NCBI RefSeq assembly: GCF_020745735.1
Contig: NC_083430.1
Span: 35,020,909 to 35,084,908, forward strand
Direction of reading: 5' to 3'
DNA length: 64,000 nucleotides
Source of the DNA: Hemiscyllium ocellatum
Lineage: Eukaryota
Made by a program: the position numbers and the translations under genes. This document shows, piece by piece, positions 22,332 to 35,036 of this stretch (within the stretch, counting starts at the first letter, position 1; every line of letters begins with the position of its first letter). The notes beneath the pieces are model-generated. The model had not been told where the DNA came from and searched no databases. It worked only from the letters and a program-made list of their open reading frames with translations.

Positions 22332-24985
22332 TAAAAACAATGACTGCAGATGCTGGAAACCAGATTCTGGATCAGTGGTGCTGGAAGAGCACAGCAGTTC
22401 AGGCAGCATCCAAAGTGCAGCGAAATCGACGTTTCGGGCAAAAGCCCTTCATCAGGAATAAAGGCATAGAGCCTGAAGCGTGGAGAGATAAGCTAGAGGA
22501 GGGTGGGGGTGGGGAGAAAGTAGCATAGAGTACAATAGGTGAGTGGGGTAGGGGATGAAGGTGATAGATCAGGGAGAAGAGGGTGGAGTGGATAGGTGGA
22601 AAAGGAGATAGGTAGATAGGACAAGTCCGGACAAGTCATGGAGACAGTGCTGAGCTGGAAGTTTGGAACTAGGGTGAGGTGGGGGAAGAGGAAATGAGGA
22701 AACTGTTGAAGTTCACATTGATGCCCTGGGGTTGAAGTGTTCCGAGGCGGAAGATGAGGCGCTCTTCCTCCAGGCGTCCGGTGGTAAGGGAGCGGCGGTG
22801 AAGGAGGTCCAGGACCTCCATATCCTTGGCAGAGTGGGAGGGGGAGTTGAAATGTTGGGCCATGGGGCGGTGTGGTTGATTGGTGCGGGTGTCCTGGAGA
22901 TGTTCCCGAAAGCGTTCTGATAGGAGGTGCCCAGTCTCCCCAGTGTAGAGGAGACCACATCAGGAGCAATGGATACAATAAATGATATTAGTGGATGTGC
23001 AGGTAAAACTTTGATGGATGTGGAAGTCTCCTTTAGGGCCTTGGATAGAGGTGAGGGAGGAGGTGTGGGCGCAGGTTTTACAGTGCCTGCGGTGTCAGGG
23101 GAAGGTGCCAGGATGGGAGGGTGGGTTGTAGGGGGACGTGGACCTGACCAGGTAGTCACGGAAGGAACGGTCTTTGTGGAAGGTGGAAAGGGGTGGGAAG
23201 GGAAATATATCCCTGGTGGTGGGGTCATTTTGGAGGTGGCGGAAATGTCAGCGGATGATTTGGTTTATGCGAAGGTTGGTAGGGTAGAAGGTGAGCACCA
23301 GAGGCGTTCTGTCCTTGTTACGGTTGGAGGTGTTAGGTCTGAGGGCGGAGGTGCGGGATGTGGACGAGATGCATTGGAGGGCATCTTTAACCACATGGGA
23401 AGGGAAATTGTGATCTCTAAAGAAGGAGGCCATCTGGTGTGTTCTATGGTGGAACTTGTCCTCCTGGGAGCAGATACGGTGGAGGAATTGGGAATACGGG
23501 ATGGCATTTTTGCAAGAGGTAGGGTGGGAAGAGGTGTAATCCAGGTAGCTGTGGGAGTCGGTGGGTTTGTAAAAAATGTCAGTGTCAAGTCGGTCATCAT
23601 TAATGAAGATGGAGAGGTCCAGGAAGGGGAGGGAGGTGTCAAAGATGGTCCAGGTAAATTTAAGGTCAAGGTGAAATGTGTTGGTGAAGTTGATGAATTG
23701 CTCAACCTCCTCGCGGGAGCACGAGGTGGCGCCAATGCAGTCATCAATGTAGCAGAGGAAGAGGTGGGGAGTGGTGTCAGTGTAATTACGGAAGATTGAC
23801 TGTTCTACGTAACCAGCAAAGAGACAGGCATAGCTGGGGCCCATACTTCTGCCCATGGCTACCCCTTTGGTCTGGCAGAAGTGGGAGGATTCGAAGGAGA
23901 AATTGTTAAGGGTGAGGACCAGTTCGGCCAAACGAATGAGAGTGTCGGTGGAAGGGTACTGTTGGGGACGTCTGGAGAGGGAAAAACGGAGGGCTTGAAG
24001 GCCCTGGTCATAGTGGATGGAGGTGTAGAGGGATTGGATATCCATAGTGAAGATGAGGTGTTGGGGGCCAGGGAAACGGAAGTCTTGGTGGAGGGTGTGG
24101 GTGGTGTCTTGAACATATGTGGGGAGTTTTTGGACGAGGGGGGAATAAGAAAGTGTTGAGGGAGGTAGAGATGAGTTCAGTGGGGCAGGAGCATGCTGAG
24201 ACAATGGGTCGGCCAGGGTGGTCAGGCTTGTGGATCTTAGGAAGGAGGTAGAACCGGGCAGTGCGGGGTTCCCAGATATGAGGTTGGAAGCTGTGGGTGG
24301 GAGATCTCCTGAGGTGATGAGGTTCTGTATGGTCTTGGAGATGATGGTTTGGTGATGGGGGGTGGGGTCATGGTAGAGGGGGCAGTAGGAAGTGGTGTCC
24401 TCGAGTTGGCGTTTGGCTTCAGCGGTGTAGAGTTCAGTGCGCCAGACTACCACTGCACCCCCTTTATCCACTGGCTTGATGGTAAGGTTGGGATTGGAGC
24501 AGAGGGATTGGAGGGCTGCGCGTTGTGAGGGTGAGAGGTTGGAGTGGGGAAGGGGGTAGACAGGTTGAGGTGGTTCATGTCCCGGTGGCAGTTGGAAATG
24601 AAGAGGTCGAGGGCAGGTAATAGGCCAGCGCGGGTTGTCCAGGTGGATGCAGTGTGTTGGAGGTGGGCGAAGGGGTCCTCGGAAGGTGGGCGGGAATCCT
24701 GATTGTGAAAGTGAGCTCGGAGGCGGAGGCGACGGAAGAATTGTTCGACGTTACGGCATGTATTAAATTCATTGATGCGTGGACAGAGGGGGATGAAGGT
24801 GAGTCCTTTGCTGAGGACTGATCGCTCGTCCTCAGTGAGGGGGAGGTCTGGAGGGATGGTGAAAACTCGGCAGGGCTGGGAGCTGGGATCTGGTGTGGGT
24901 GTGGAGCTGGGAGTGGGGGTGGAACCTGTAACTGGAGTGGGTGTTGGGGGTGGGGGGAATGGGAGTGGAGTCATGAGCAGGGGAA
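22332..24985 (-). mobile_element. Older family A Penelope-like element (RT plus GIY-YIG, frameshifted)
   Basis: ORF pieces CRVFTIPPDLPL..., DKGGAVVVW...GVAMG...YIDD...FYKPTD, HFNSPSHS...LEEERLIFRLGTLQPQG, homologous to 8186-10432. Confidence 0.95.
22424..22459 (-). ncRNA. Minimal hammerhead ribozyme motif (family A variant)
   Basis: Minus strand: attc CTGATGA a gggc tttt gccc GAAA cgtc^gatt. Confidence 0.78.
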
Positions 24986-25809
24986 CTGTTCCCCGTTAAT
25001 AGTTACCCAGGAATTGTAAGACAATTAAATTTGGCGCAAGCTCAAATTGAACAAAGGATGCAGAGCAGCTTGTTAATTGACTGCCTTCTGTAACACAAAG
25101 GGAGATCAGCACCTGGAAGGCGTCCAGTTGTATGAATCTATTTTTTAAGTGGGGAATATTGCAGCCGGAATCTCTATTCTACACAGATGCTATTCCAACA
25201 GAAATCATTCTGTCTTTCATACAGAATTTAATCAGTTTGGCATTTGACTGACCTGCCACTTTGAGCCTGTCTTTGAAACTGTAATCATGTTTGACGGGAC
25301 AGAGAGAGATACTGCTGCTGTGCTGCTGACTTCAAGTGACAGCTCTCTGAATTGGACAAACGCCTCACTGTTTTCTGTGTTCAGGCATCAGCATACTCCT
25401 GTCCCATGCTCATTTGAAATAAAAATGACTTGCTGACTTTGAGCTAAAATGACAGATGCCTGGGAGTGCTTTACATGGAATTAATGAGCAGCTTAAGTAT
25501 TGTAAACCATGATTTTGAGAGATCAGACAAGCTATAATGATATTGTTTTCCATTAAAGGGCTGTTCGCCATTAAGACTACTTCTTCCATTGTTCACATAC
25601 AATCTGTTCCAAAAGGGGCTCCACCCCGTGATTTTATAGCTCTCAACATTTCTCCCTGAGCTGTGGCCTTACACTTTAGACATACCCATAATATGCTGTG
25701 CAGTTCCTCCACAGTGTCTCCGACAACACTCTTTGACTTTCATTTCTAAATGCCAAATTGATTATATTCTATTTGAAAGAGTGAATTATTTCTATTGGAA
25801 TTCCTTGAC

Positions 25810-28800
25810 AGATAGTTCTGCAAAACTATCCACAGAGGGTAGTGGTGGAAGGGTGTTCTTTCAGTCGGGGGGTCCATGATCTGCAGGCATCCATACTGGG
25901 ACCTCTGTTGTGATTTATATAAATGACTTAGATGAAAATGTAGATGGTTGGTTAGTAAGTTTGCAGACAATACAAAGATTGCTGGAGTTGTGGATAGTGT
26001 AAAAGGTTATCAAAGGATACAGTGGGATATAGCTCGGTTGCAGGTATGGGTGGAGGAATTGTAGACAGAGTTTAATCAGGGTAAGTGTTAGATGCCTCAC
26101 TTTGCGAGATCAAATGTTAAGGAAAAGTACATAGTTAATTGAATTGAATTGAATTCATAGTCATGTGTACTGAGGCACAGAGAAAAGCTTCGTCTTGCAA
26201 GCAATACAGGCAGATCACAGAGTTAATTAGCATATATAAGTAAATAATAGGTAATCAGCAAAAACAAAAACACAGATACAGGTGAATGTTAAGAGTTTGT
26301 GAGTCCATTCAGTATTTCAACAACAGTAGGGTAGAAATTGTTTCAAAACCAGCGTGTTTACAGGCTTCTGTACCTTCTCCCCGGTGGCTAGAAAGTGTAG
26401 AAAAACATTGCCAGGATGGGAATGGAACTTTGAGAATGCTGGCGGCCTTTCCTTGACAGTGGGCCTGGTAGATGGGTTCTGTAGGTGGGAGGTTGGACTT
26501 TGTGATTGTCCGGGCTGAGTTCACCACTCTCTGTAACCAGCTCTGATCTTGAATGATACAGTTCCCATACCAAATCATGATACATCCAGAAACAATGTTC
26601 TTGATGCCACACCTATAAAAGTTAGCAAGCATATTCACCTGAGGAAGAAGAGATGTTATTGGGCCTTTGTAACCAGTGCATCCACATGAAGAGTCCAAGA
26701 AAGCTTGTTGTGGATGATGAAGCTTGACACTCTCCACTTGTTCCGCCTCTGTACTGTTAATGTGTAGGGGGGCATGAGTAACATCCCATTGAAAGTCAAT
26801 AATGAGTCCCTTGGTTTTGCCAGCATTGAGAGCAAGGTTGTTATCAGTGCACCTCTGTTTCGTCACCATCTGAAATTCGACCGACTGTGATGGTCATCAT
26901 CGAGCTTGTAGATGGCATTAGTCTGGTAGTTGGAAATACAGTCATGGGTATATAGTGAGTACAGAAGGGTGCTGAGTACGCACCCCTGGGGGGCTCCATT
27001 GTTGAGTGTTATTGATGGTGAAATATTTTCCCAATCTTCACTGATTGTGGCCTCTGAGTCAGGAAACTTGGATCTAGTGCAGAGAATGGGGCTTAGTCCG
27101 AGATCACTAAGTTTAGTAATCAGTCTCGAGGGGATAATAGTGTTGAAGGCTGAACTATAGTCAATAAGTAGGATTCTTACTTGTTCTTGGTGTCAAGATG
27201 TTCTAGGGAGTGGTGCAGGACAAGTGATATGGCATCTGACGTGGATCTGTTGGTCCAATAGGCAAATTGGAATGGGTTAAGAGTAGAGGGGAGGCTGAAG
27301 CTGATTAATGCCATGACCAGCCTTCCAAAGCACTTCATGACCACCGAAGTTAGGGCCACTAGTTGGTAGTCACTGAGAGAAGCTGCATGAGCCTTCTTCG
27401 GCTCAGGGAGTATGTTGGCCCTCTTGAAACAGGCCGGGAGATTGGCCTGCTGCAGGGAGAGGTTGAAGATGTCCGAGAAATCCTCTGCCAGTTGATCTGC
27501 GCATGCCCTAAGCGCACGGCCTGGTACTCCGTCTGGTCCCATCGCTTTCCTTGGATACAGATGAAGGAAAACTGATCAGACCTCTGATGCAGTGACTGTT
27601 GGGATAGGTTCATCAGGACTTGACGGAATAGGTGTTACCTCTCCACCGAAATTCTGCTCAAAGCGAGCGTAGAAGGCGTTGAGATGATCTGAGAGGGATG
27701 TGTCATCGTCTGCTATCTTGCACTGTCTCTTTTTAGAACCTGTTATGTCATTCAATCTTTGCCATAGTCGCTGGGTCTGGGTCTCTAGTTTGGATCAGCA
27801 TTGGTTCTTGGCTGTCTTAATGACTCTGCGAAGATCATACTTGGATTCCTTATATTTGAGTGGGTCTCCTGATCTGAAGCCCTCACACCTGGTTTTTAGC
27901 ACGTTCTGTATGTCCTGATTCATCCAGGGTTTCCTGTTGCGGAACACCCGGATTGACTTCCACAGTATGCAGTCCTCCACACACTTGCTAATAAAGTCTG
28001 TTATGGTGGTGGCACACCCATCCAAGGTAACTGCGGACTGTTTGAACATGGCCCAATCAGCTGATTCCAGACTGCACTGGAGTTGATTCTCTGCCTCCTC
28101 TAACCAGCACTGGACCTGCATTTTCAAGGTGGTCCCCTGCTTGAGCTCTGGCTCTAAGCTGAGAGAAGAAACACGGTATTGTGGGCGGAGTTCCCAAAAT
28201 GAGGGCAATAATGGCAGGACTCCAAACAGCATTGATGTACAGAAGGATCTTAGGGTTCAAGTTCATAGCTCCCTGAAAGTGGCCACATAAGTAGATAGGG
28301 TGGTAAGGAAGACGTGTGGCGTGCTTGCCTTTACTGGGTGGGGAATTGAGTAAAGAGTCAGGATGTCATGGTGCAGCTTTATAAGACTTTGGTTAGACCA
28401 CACTAACAGTACTCAGTTCAATTCATTACAGGAAGGATGTGGAGGTTTTGGAGAGAGTGCAAAAAATGGCTTACCAGGATACTGCCTGGATGGGAGGATA
28501 TATGCTGTAAGGAGAGGCTAGAAAATCTCAGGCTGTTTTTCTTTGAGCAGCAGAGGCTGAGGGGAGACTTGATAGAAGTCTACAAAACTATGACATGCAT
28601 AGATAGGATTGACAGTCAGAATCTTTTTACCAGAGTTGGAATGTCTAATATTAAGGGGCATGCATTTAAGGTGAGAGAGGGATAATTCAAAGGAACCATG
28701 AGGGGCAAGTTTTTTCCACAGAGAATGGTAGGAGTCTGGAACGCGCTGCCGGGGGTGCTCATTGAGGCAGATATGATAAGGGCATTTAAGGGATGTTTAG

Positions 28801-28938
28801 ATAAGCACATGAATATGCAAGGAATGGAGGGATATGGACCAAGGGCAGGCAGAAGGGACTGGTTTAATTTGGCATCATGTTCAGCACAACATTGTGGGCC
28901 AAACAGCCCGTTCTGCTGCTGTACATTTCTCTGTTCTA
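25810..28938 (+). mobile_element. CR1 LINE split by a Rex1 insertion (pieces ~25810-26138 and ~28210-28938)
   Basis: VSKFADNTKIAG...gtacatagttaat resumes as ggcagg...agaaggatcttagggttcaagttcatagc after the insert. Confidence 0.85.
26139..28209 (-). mobile_element. Rex1/Babar non-LTR retrotransposon, 5'-truncated and decayed
   Basis: GPDGVPGRALRACADQLA...VALTSVVMKCFGRLV, NRSTSDAI, NNLALNAGKTK.LIIDF, RNRKPWMN; (attca)n 3' tail at ~26138-26157. Confidence 0.85.
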
Positions 28939-28990
28939 TCTGTAAAGAGAAACTTTCAAAACAGCAGAATCTATCATTACAATTTCAAAA

Positions 28991-29290
28991 GGGTGGCACA
29001 GTGGTGACAAGAAGCCCAGGTTCAGTTCCACCCTTGGGTGACTGTCTGTGTAGAGTTTGCGTGTTCTCTCTGTATCTGCATGGGATTCCTCCGGGTGCTT
29101 CGGTTTCCTCCCACATTCCAAAGACGTGCAGGTCAGGTGAATTGGCCATGTTAAATTACTCCATAGTGCCCAGGGATGTTTAGGTTAGGTATGTTAGCCA
29201 TGGGGAAGTGACAGGGTAGGGTCTTGGGTCTGTGTGGACTTGTTGGGCTGAGTGGCCTGTTTCTGCACTGTAAGGATTCCATTCTAATCT
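28991..29290 (+). mobile_element. V-SINE (HE1-like)
   Basis: Homologous to 2708-3018. Confidence 0.8.
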
Positions 29291-29309
29291 CGTTGTTTTT
29301 TCTAACTTC

Positions 29310-30380
29310 CTCCATTCAAGCCCAAGCAGTATTTTTCTGGATCTCTCCCTGACATGGATGCTGACATGGCTTCCTTCTTCCATGACTGTGGTGTCCCATC
29401 AACTTAAGTTCATTGGGCCTTCAACTGCATCCAACCTATCAACCAAGCTTCTGCCCTTACCCTTTACCATCATTCCCTAAAGTGTGATCAGATCCCCATT
29501 GTTCTCACTTTTCATCCCACCAGCCTCCACATTCAAAAGATCATCCTCTGCCATGTCAGACAACTCCACATCTTCCCCTCACACCCCTGTCTGTGTTTCA
29601 CAGGGACCATTCCCTCAGGGGCATTCCTCGATGACCACCACACCACCCTCTCTTTCCCATGGCACCTTCTCATGTAACTGCAGAAGATGTAACACCTGCC
29701 CCTTCACCTCCTCTCTGCTCACCATCAAGAGACTAAGCAGCATTTCACCTGTACCTCCTCCAAACTGGTCTGTTGCATTTGTTGCACATAATGTGGCCAT
29801 TCTACATTGGAGAAACCAAATGCAGACTGGGTGAACACTTTGCGGAACACCTCCGGTCCACGCACAAGCATGTATCCAGCCTTCCCGTAGCAGGTCATTT
29901 TAATATAGCGTCCTAATCGCATGCCCACTTGTCTATCCTTGGCATGCTGCAGTGTTCCAGTGAAAAACAAAATGGAGGAACAACACCTCATCTTTACATT
30001 AGGCATTTTACAGCTTTTTGGACTTAATTTTGAGTTCAACACCTTCAATTTGTGAACTCACTCTCATTTCTTCCCTTTTGTTTAGCTTTACTTGTTGCAT
30101 TCTCTGATCCATGTCCTCCCTCCCTCCCCTCCCCCTCACTGTCCTTTACTGTTTGGCAGTTGGACATACCATTGTTCTACCAGTCTCACATTCCGATCAC
30201 TTAATCTGCACCATCAGCACTCTTTCTCTCCCAGCTCTCCAACCCCACACTATTTCAGAAATGCTGTCCCCTCCAACTTCACATTAGCCCTCTTGAAGAG
30301 ACATCCGGACTTGAAACATTAGCTTGCTCTCTCTCCACAGACACTGCCTGACCAATTGTGATTTCCAGCACTTTTTAGGT
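29310..30380 (+). mobile_element. Decayed Penelope-like element 3' portion
   Basis: GTFSCNCRRCNTCP, tacattggagaaacc (YIGET), EEQHLIFTLG; 3' tail with tgaaga...gaaacattag. Confidence 0.8.
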
Positions 30381-30649
30381 TATGAGAAAAGCTAAGCTTA
30401 TCAGATTTTCAAGATTGGAAATTGAAGCCACTAATCAAATTAAGGCACACTGATTTAGATGCAAAGGAAATTCTCTCTGAATTATGTATTGTAAAGGAGT
30501 GTTTTTGGGATTAATTCAGTTGTATTTTAGCATGTGTTGCAAAATCTTCACATTTATGTAACACTTGGAGTTATTCCATTTTACCTTAATGTCTTTTGTG
30601 TCATAAGCTTATGGTTTATTATTAAATGCAGCTTTTTTTTATTCATTCA

Positions 30650-30925
30650 TCCCAGAGTCACGCACATTGCTGTGGATCTGGAACCACACGTTGGCCAAGT
30701 AAGGATGGCAGTTTCCATCCAGAAAGGACATGAGTGAATCGGATGGGTCTTTCCCCTAACAATCAACAATAGTTTTGTGGTCATCATAAGACTCTCCATT
30801 TCAGATTTTTGTTGAATTCACATCCTACCATCTGCCATGGCAGGATTCATACCCAGCTCCCCAAGACATTACCTGGATCTCGAGGAGATCAGTCCAGCAA
30901 TAGTCCCGCTAGGCTATCACCTCCA
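30650..30925 (-). mobile_element. tRNA-derived SINE-like element (second type)
   Basis: Homologous to 41775-42049 (-), ~40340-40520 (+) and the LINE head at 52945-53600. Confidence 0.65.
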
Positions 30926-31209
30926 CTGGAAGTTGCACGTGTTTCAGTGAAAGATCACCTCATTAAAATCAAAACATAAACATGACCTATCAAGCCAGGT
31001 TTCAGTTGGTGATCTGATTTGTCCATTAATAACAACAGCTGGGATCATAACTCAGGAAACCTTTAAACTAGAACCTGTAGGCCACAAAGTACAAAGAACA
31101 CTTTGGCATGAAACAGATTTCCTCTCACTTTAACTTGTTAAGCGTTCTCCAACATGCTTGTATTTGCAATGTTCCTTTTCCTGGATGAAATGGGACTGGG
31201 AGGACAAGG

Positions 31210-31406
31210 CAAAAGTGAGGACTGCAGATGCTGGAGATCAGAGTCGAGATTAGAGTGGTGCTGGAACAGCACGGCCAGTCAGGCAGCATCCGAGAAGCAG
31301 GAAAGTCAACATTTCGGGCAAAAGCTTTTGCCTGAAACATCGATTTTCCTGCTCCTCGGATGCTGCCTGACCAGCTATACTTTTCCAGCACCACTCTAAT
31401 CTAGAC
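31210..31406. mobile_element. Miniature fold-back PLE (family A ends only)
   Basis: Exact 15 bp TSD actgggaggacaagg at 31195-31209 and 31407-31421; hairpin centred on aaaag|ctttt within HHR stem II. Confidence 0.9.
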
Positions 31407-31696
31407 ACTGGGAGGACAAGGACTATGTACTCACAAAGCACTTAAACCTCCCATTGTGACACAATTGGTGCTGCATTAATCAGAGTTAGGTCCAATGTGT
31501 TGAAATTACACATAACGACATTCCATGACTGTTTTTGTTGGAATGCTGTATTTCCTACCAGATCGAAGAGTGTGTCGAGCTGTCATTTGAGAGTTTTGTA
31601 AATGCTAACTGCTCACATCACTAAGAACCTGTTCTGTTTCTTGTAATCCCTTAATAACCCACAGGTTTATTGCAAGCATGACCAATCTATCTGATC

Positions 31697-32040
31697 ATGG
31701 CTGGAGTTATCATCACTGTTACTTTAGTGCTCCAAAAGTGCAGCAGGATGGAGGAGGATCACATGCACCAGCAAGCCGAGGACCAGCAGCAACCTTTGCA
31801 TGAAGTGGGCACGGCTGAAGTTCGCTTCACAATGTGCAGGAGGTACGGAAGGGTCAGAATTGTTCACCTCAATGCCATTTCCTCCGGTGAGTGAGATGTG
31901 ATGTCGCCAGAGGATGCAGATGTCCTGGGACATTGACAAATCAGGGAGGAGGGTCTATGACTTGAAGGGGTGGGTGGCCATCCTATCACAGTGGTTGGTA
32001 AGGTGACAGTTCTGCTTAACCTTTATGTAACTGGCTCCGT
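31697..32040 (+). pseudogene. Harbinger (PIF/HARBI1-like) transposase N-terminal relic
   Basis: Decayed reading ...CRQRMQMS...GGHPITVVGKVTVLLNLYVTGS resembles the 'K...AL.FYATGS' HTH region. Confidence 0.5.
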
Positions 32041-32245
32041 TGTTATTGAGACAAGTTTTGGATGATAGCACATGTAACTGTCCATAAAACTCACCAAAAT
32101 GTCACTTAGCTCATTTCCAGTAATATTCAACATTTTGTATGCATTATGTCGACAATTTTTCCACTCATTGCATACAGAAGAAAAGTTGCCTCCCAGTCTT
32201 CCAACCTCACCCCATTTCCTCCTCCCCCTCATCTCCCCCCAGATA

Positions 32246-32419
32246 CAGAACAACCTCAGTTATCCAAACGAGATGGGCAGGGAGTATTTTGTTCAGGTAA
32301 CCGATTGTTCCGATAGCTGCTTGTTTGGATAACGGATAACCTTTTTACGGGACCTTGAGATCTTGTTTGGATAATCCAAAGTTCAGATAAGTGATGATCA
32401 GATAACCGAGATTGTTTTG
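32246..32419. mobile_element. Tc1/mariner-pogo (Tigger-like) MITE
   Basis: TA|cagaacaacctcagttatc ... gataaccgagattgttttg|TA, imperfect TIRs with TA duplication; internal ggataa repeats. Confidence 0.75.
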
Positions 32420-35036
32420 TATATCTGAAGGCATGAAATGTTTTCGAGTTCCTTCGTAGCCTCACCTTCCCTATTTCTGTAGACTCATACAAACGTACAA
32501 CCACAGAGACCTGTGTGCTCCCATAGTTCTGACCTCTTGAAAATCCTAATATCCTTTAGTCCACTTCAACAGTCACATCTTCGGCTGCTGAGACCATCAG
32601 GTCAGGAAATTATTCTGCAAACATTTCCACCACTTTCTTCCCTTAAAACCTACAATTTTGCTCAAGTTTGTGATTATCCTTGCTAATAGTTCCTTATGTG
32701 GTTCGGTGTCAAGCTGCTAGATATAACATTCCTTTGAAATACCTTAGAGTGCTTTGCCCTGATTATAGGACTATATAAATGCAAACTTTTCTTGAGCTTA
32801 TCTGTTTCATTCTCTGATGAAAATAATTCTTCTAATCTACCTTGAGATTTTTCATTTTAAGTCTACACCCTGTACCTCATGCAAGTGACTGCTTATGTTA
32901 ATGTTATCTCTGCCGTTGAACATTTCAATGACCTGGACACAGTCAATCTGAATAGATAAAGCTGTCACTTAAACCAATCCCCTGTACCCAACATCATTGT
33001 GAGATAAGAATCGAATCTGCAGTAGTTCAAGGAAAGGGCACACCATCAATATTTCTAGGCAATTTGAAATAGGCAAGGCATGGGAGTTTGCCAGCAGTAA
33101 AAATACTGCAATTGTAACTCATTTTACTGTAGCTCAAATGAGTGTCTCTAGGAGGAGCTGCTCAGTTCTTGCTGGTTGTCTGTGGTAGTTCTAGTCTGTC
33201 AGGCATACCTCAACTGTGAACAACCATGTAACTTAAATTAGTCTGGCATCTGTTCAGAGATAGTCGACTCTAACTTGATTATTTGGTAATTTAAGAGTAT
33301 GTGTTGTACAGATCTTTAAAAGACAACTATACATTTTAAGGTGACCAAAACTGAAGGATACAGTTGTACTTGAAGCAAGAATAAATTTGAAGGTACATTT
33401 TTTCGCTCTCAATAAAAAGTCTGCAACAGATTGAATTTAGAAAATAGACCGTTTAAATGGTGCTGAAAAGACAGCTCCAACCTACAGCAGTACAGCACTC
33501 CATTTAACGAAATGCAGCAAAATACTGTAGAAACAAAACACATCAGAATAACACTTTGAATATTAACAGGAGTCTTCCCATTGTCCAGAGGATGTTTGTT
33601 TGCTATTTTTGATAACCTTGCTTGATTGTTTTTCTCAAGTGTGCTACTCAAACTGTTTTTAGGCACAAATGCCATATCAGAGACTTTCAAAGCTACTTTC
33701 AACGTGTTTTTACAGGGGAAAAAAGAGAAGTGAAATGAATAAAAATAAAATAACCCTAACAATGGAAAGCTAAATCACATCATGGATTGACTTTCCAAAG
33801 ACATTCTGTTAAGCTCTAGGTATTTAAAAGAAAGAATTAATCTTTATGTTACGGATCAAGAAAGAACTGAAAAAAAAGATAGATAGGCAGCCAAGCTTCT
33901 TATTGCTTTGAGGATTAAATTCTTCAGGATTTCAAGAGATGACCAGAAGATCCAGACAAATTTACCCACATTCTTGAAGGCCAACTTTAGGGGTCACAGT
34001 TCGAGATTAAGTCATACTGCCAACAGCCAGTGAAAATATTGGCAAATTCATAAGCAGAAGTCAATGCAATGGTACAAGATGTGCATTTACTGGAACTAAC
34101 CTAGCTGAAAGAGTGATAGAACTGGTCATTGCCTTCATACCTACCAAATCTTTCTGGATGACATTTCTGGACAAACCCAAAGACTACAAAATCAATGTCC
34201 TGCTGGAAGAATGATGCAGGTTCAGTGCAGCTGTAGCAGGACAGTGGCATCTGCAGCTGCTTGATTTTGCAACTTCTGTTGCAGCGATCAATAAGAACAG
34301 CAAAACCTCCACATCACAAATGAAATGTGGACTGTTTCATCCATAAAATAGGGTCCATATTCTGAGACAGATGCGAGTTATGTTTTACAAGGGGACTTTG
34401 GGCTAAAATGTGAAAAAAGTTCGGGTGCTGAGAGAAGTCCAAAGTGCAACAGAAATCTCCATAACAGGGGCAAGGAAGAGCCAACTAAGAGCGAATACCA
34501 AAAATATTGCCAAACTTGCATTGATGGTAGACAAGCATGTCAAGAATACAAGAGGTAACTATAAACAATTGTCAAATCCGATGATGAAACAGAAATGCAT
34601 CAAAGTTAGACATAACCAATTGTCCATTATACAAGATGATGACTCCAAAACTGAGTTTCATTCCTGACAACAAACCACACACCCATAATGCATGATATGT
34701 ATCCATCCAGAAAGAACACTGCAGATTGAAGTTACAAAGCTGATTCATGATAAAGGAGAAAAATTAGACCTGAGTGTATTATATGCTCAATCAAAGCATT
34801 ATTCTTATGTATAAAAATATGGAACATGTGCATCCTTTTGTATATTTATCAGAATAGGTTTCCTTCAAAAAGAACCAGGAATGTTGTAATATTCCACAGG
34901 TCTCAGAAAGGCATTACAGGTACATGCCTTAAGATAGCATGTGATGTCTAGTATATGAAGCATCGATCTTAATTCTCTACACAGTCATGAGTTGATAGTT
35001 GATCTTTTATCAAATAACCAACTAGATAGTCAACTA

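Noticed and set aside
22318-25001. Possible TSD gtttccgctatag / gttccccgttaatag around the older PLE
   Set aside because: Too many mismatches and indels to call.
33900-34740. Purine-rich stretch suggesting a decayed LTR-retrotransposon pol
   Set aside because: No diagnostic motif could be read.
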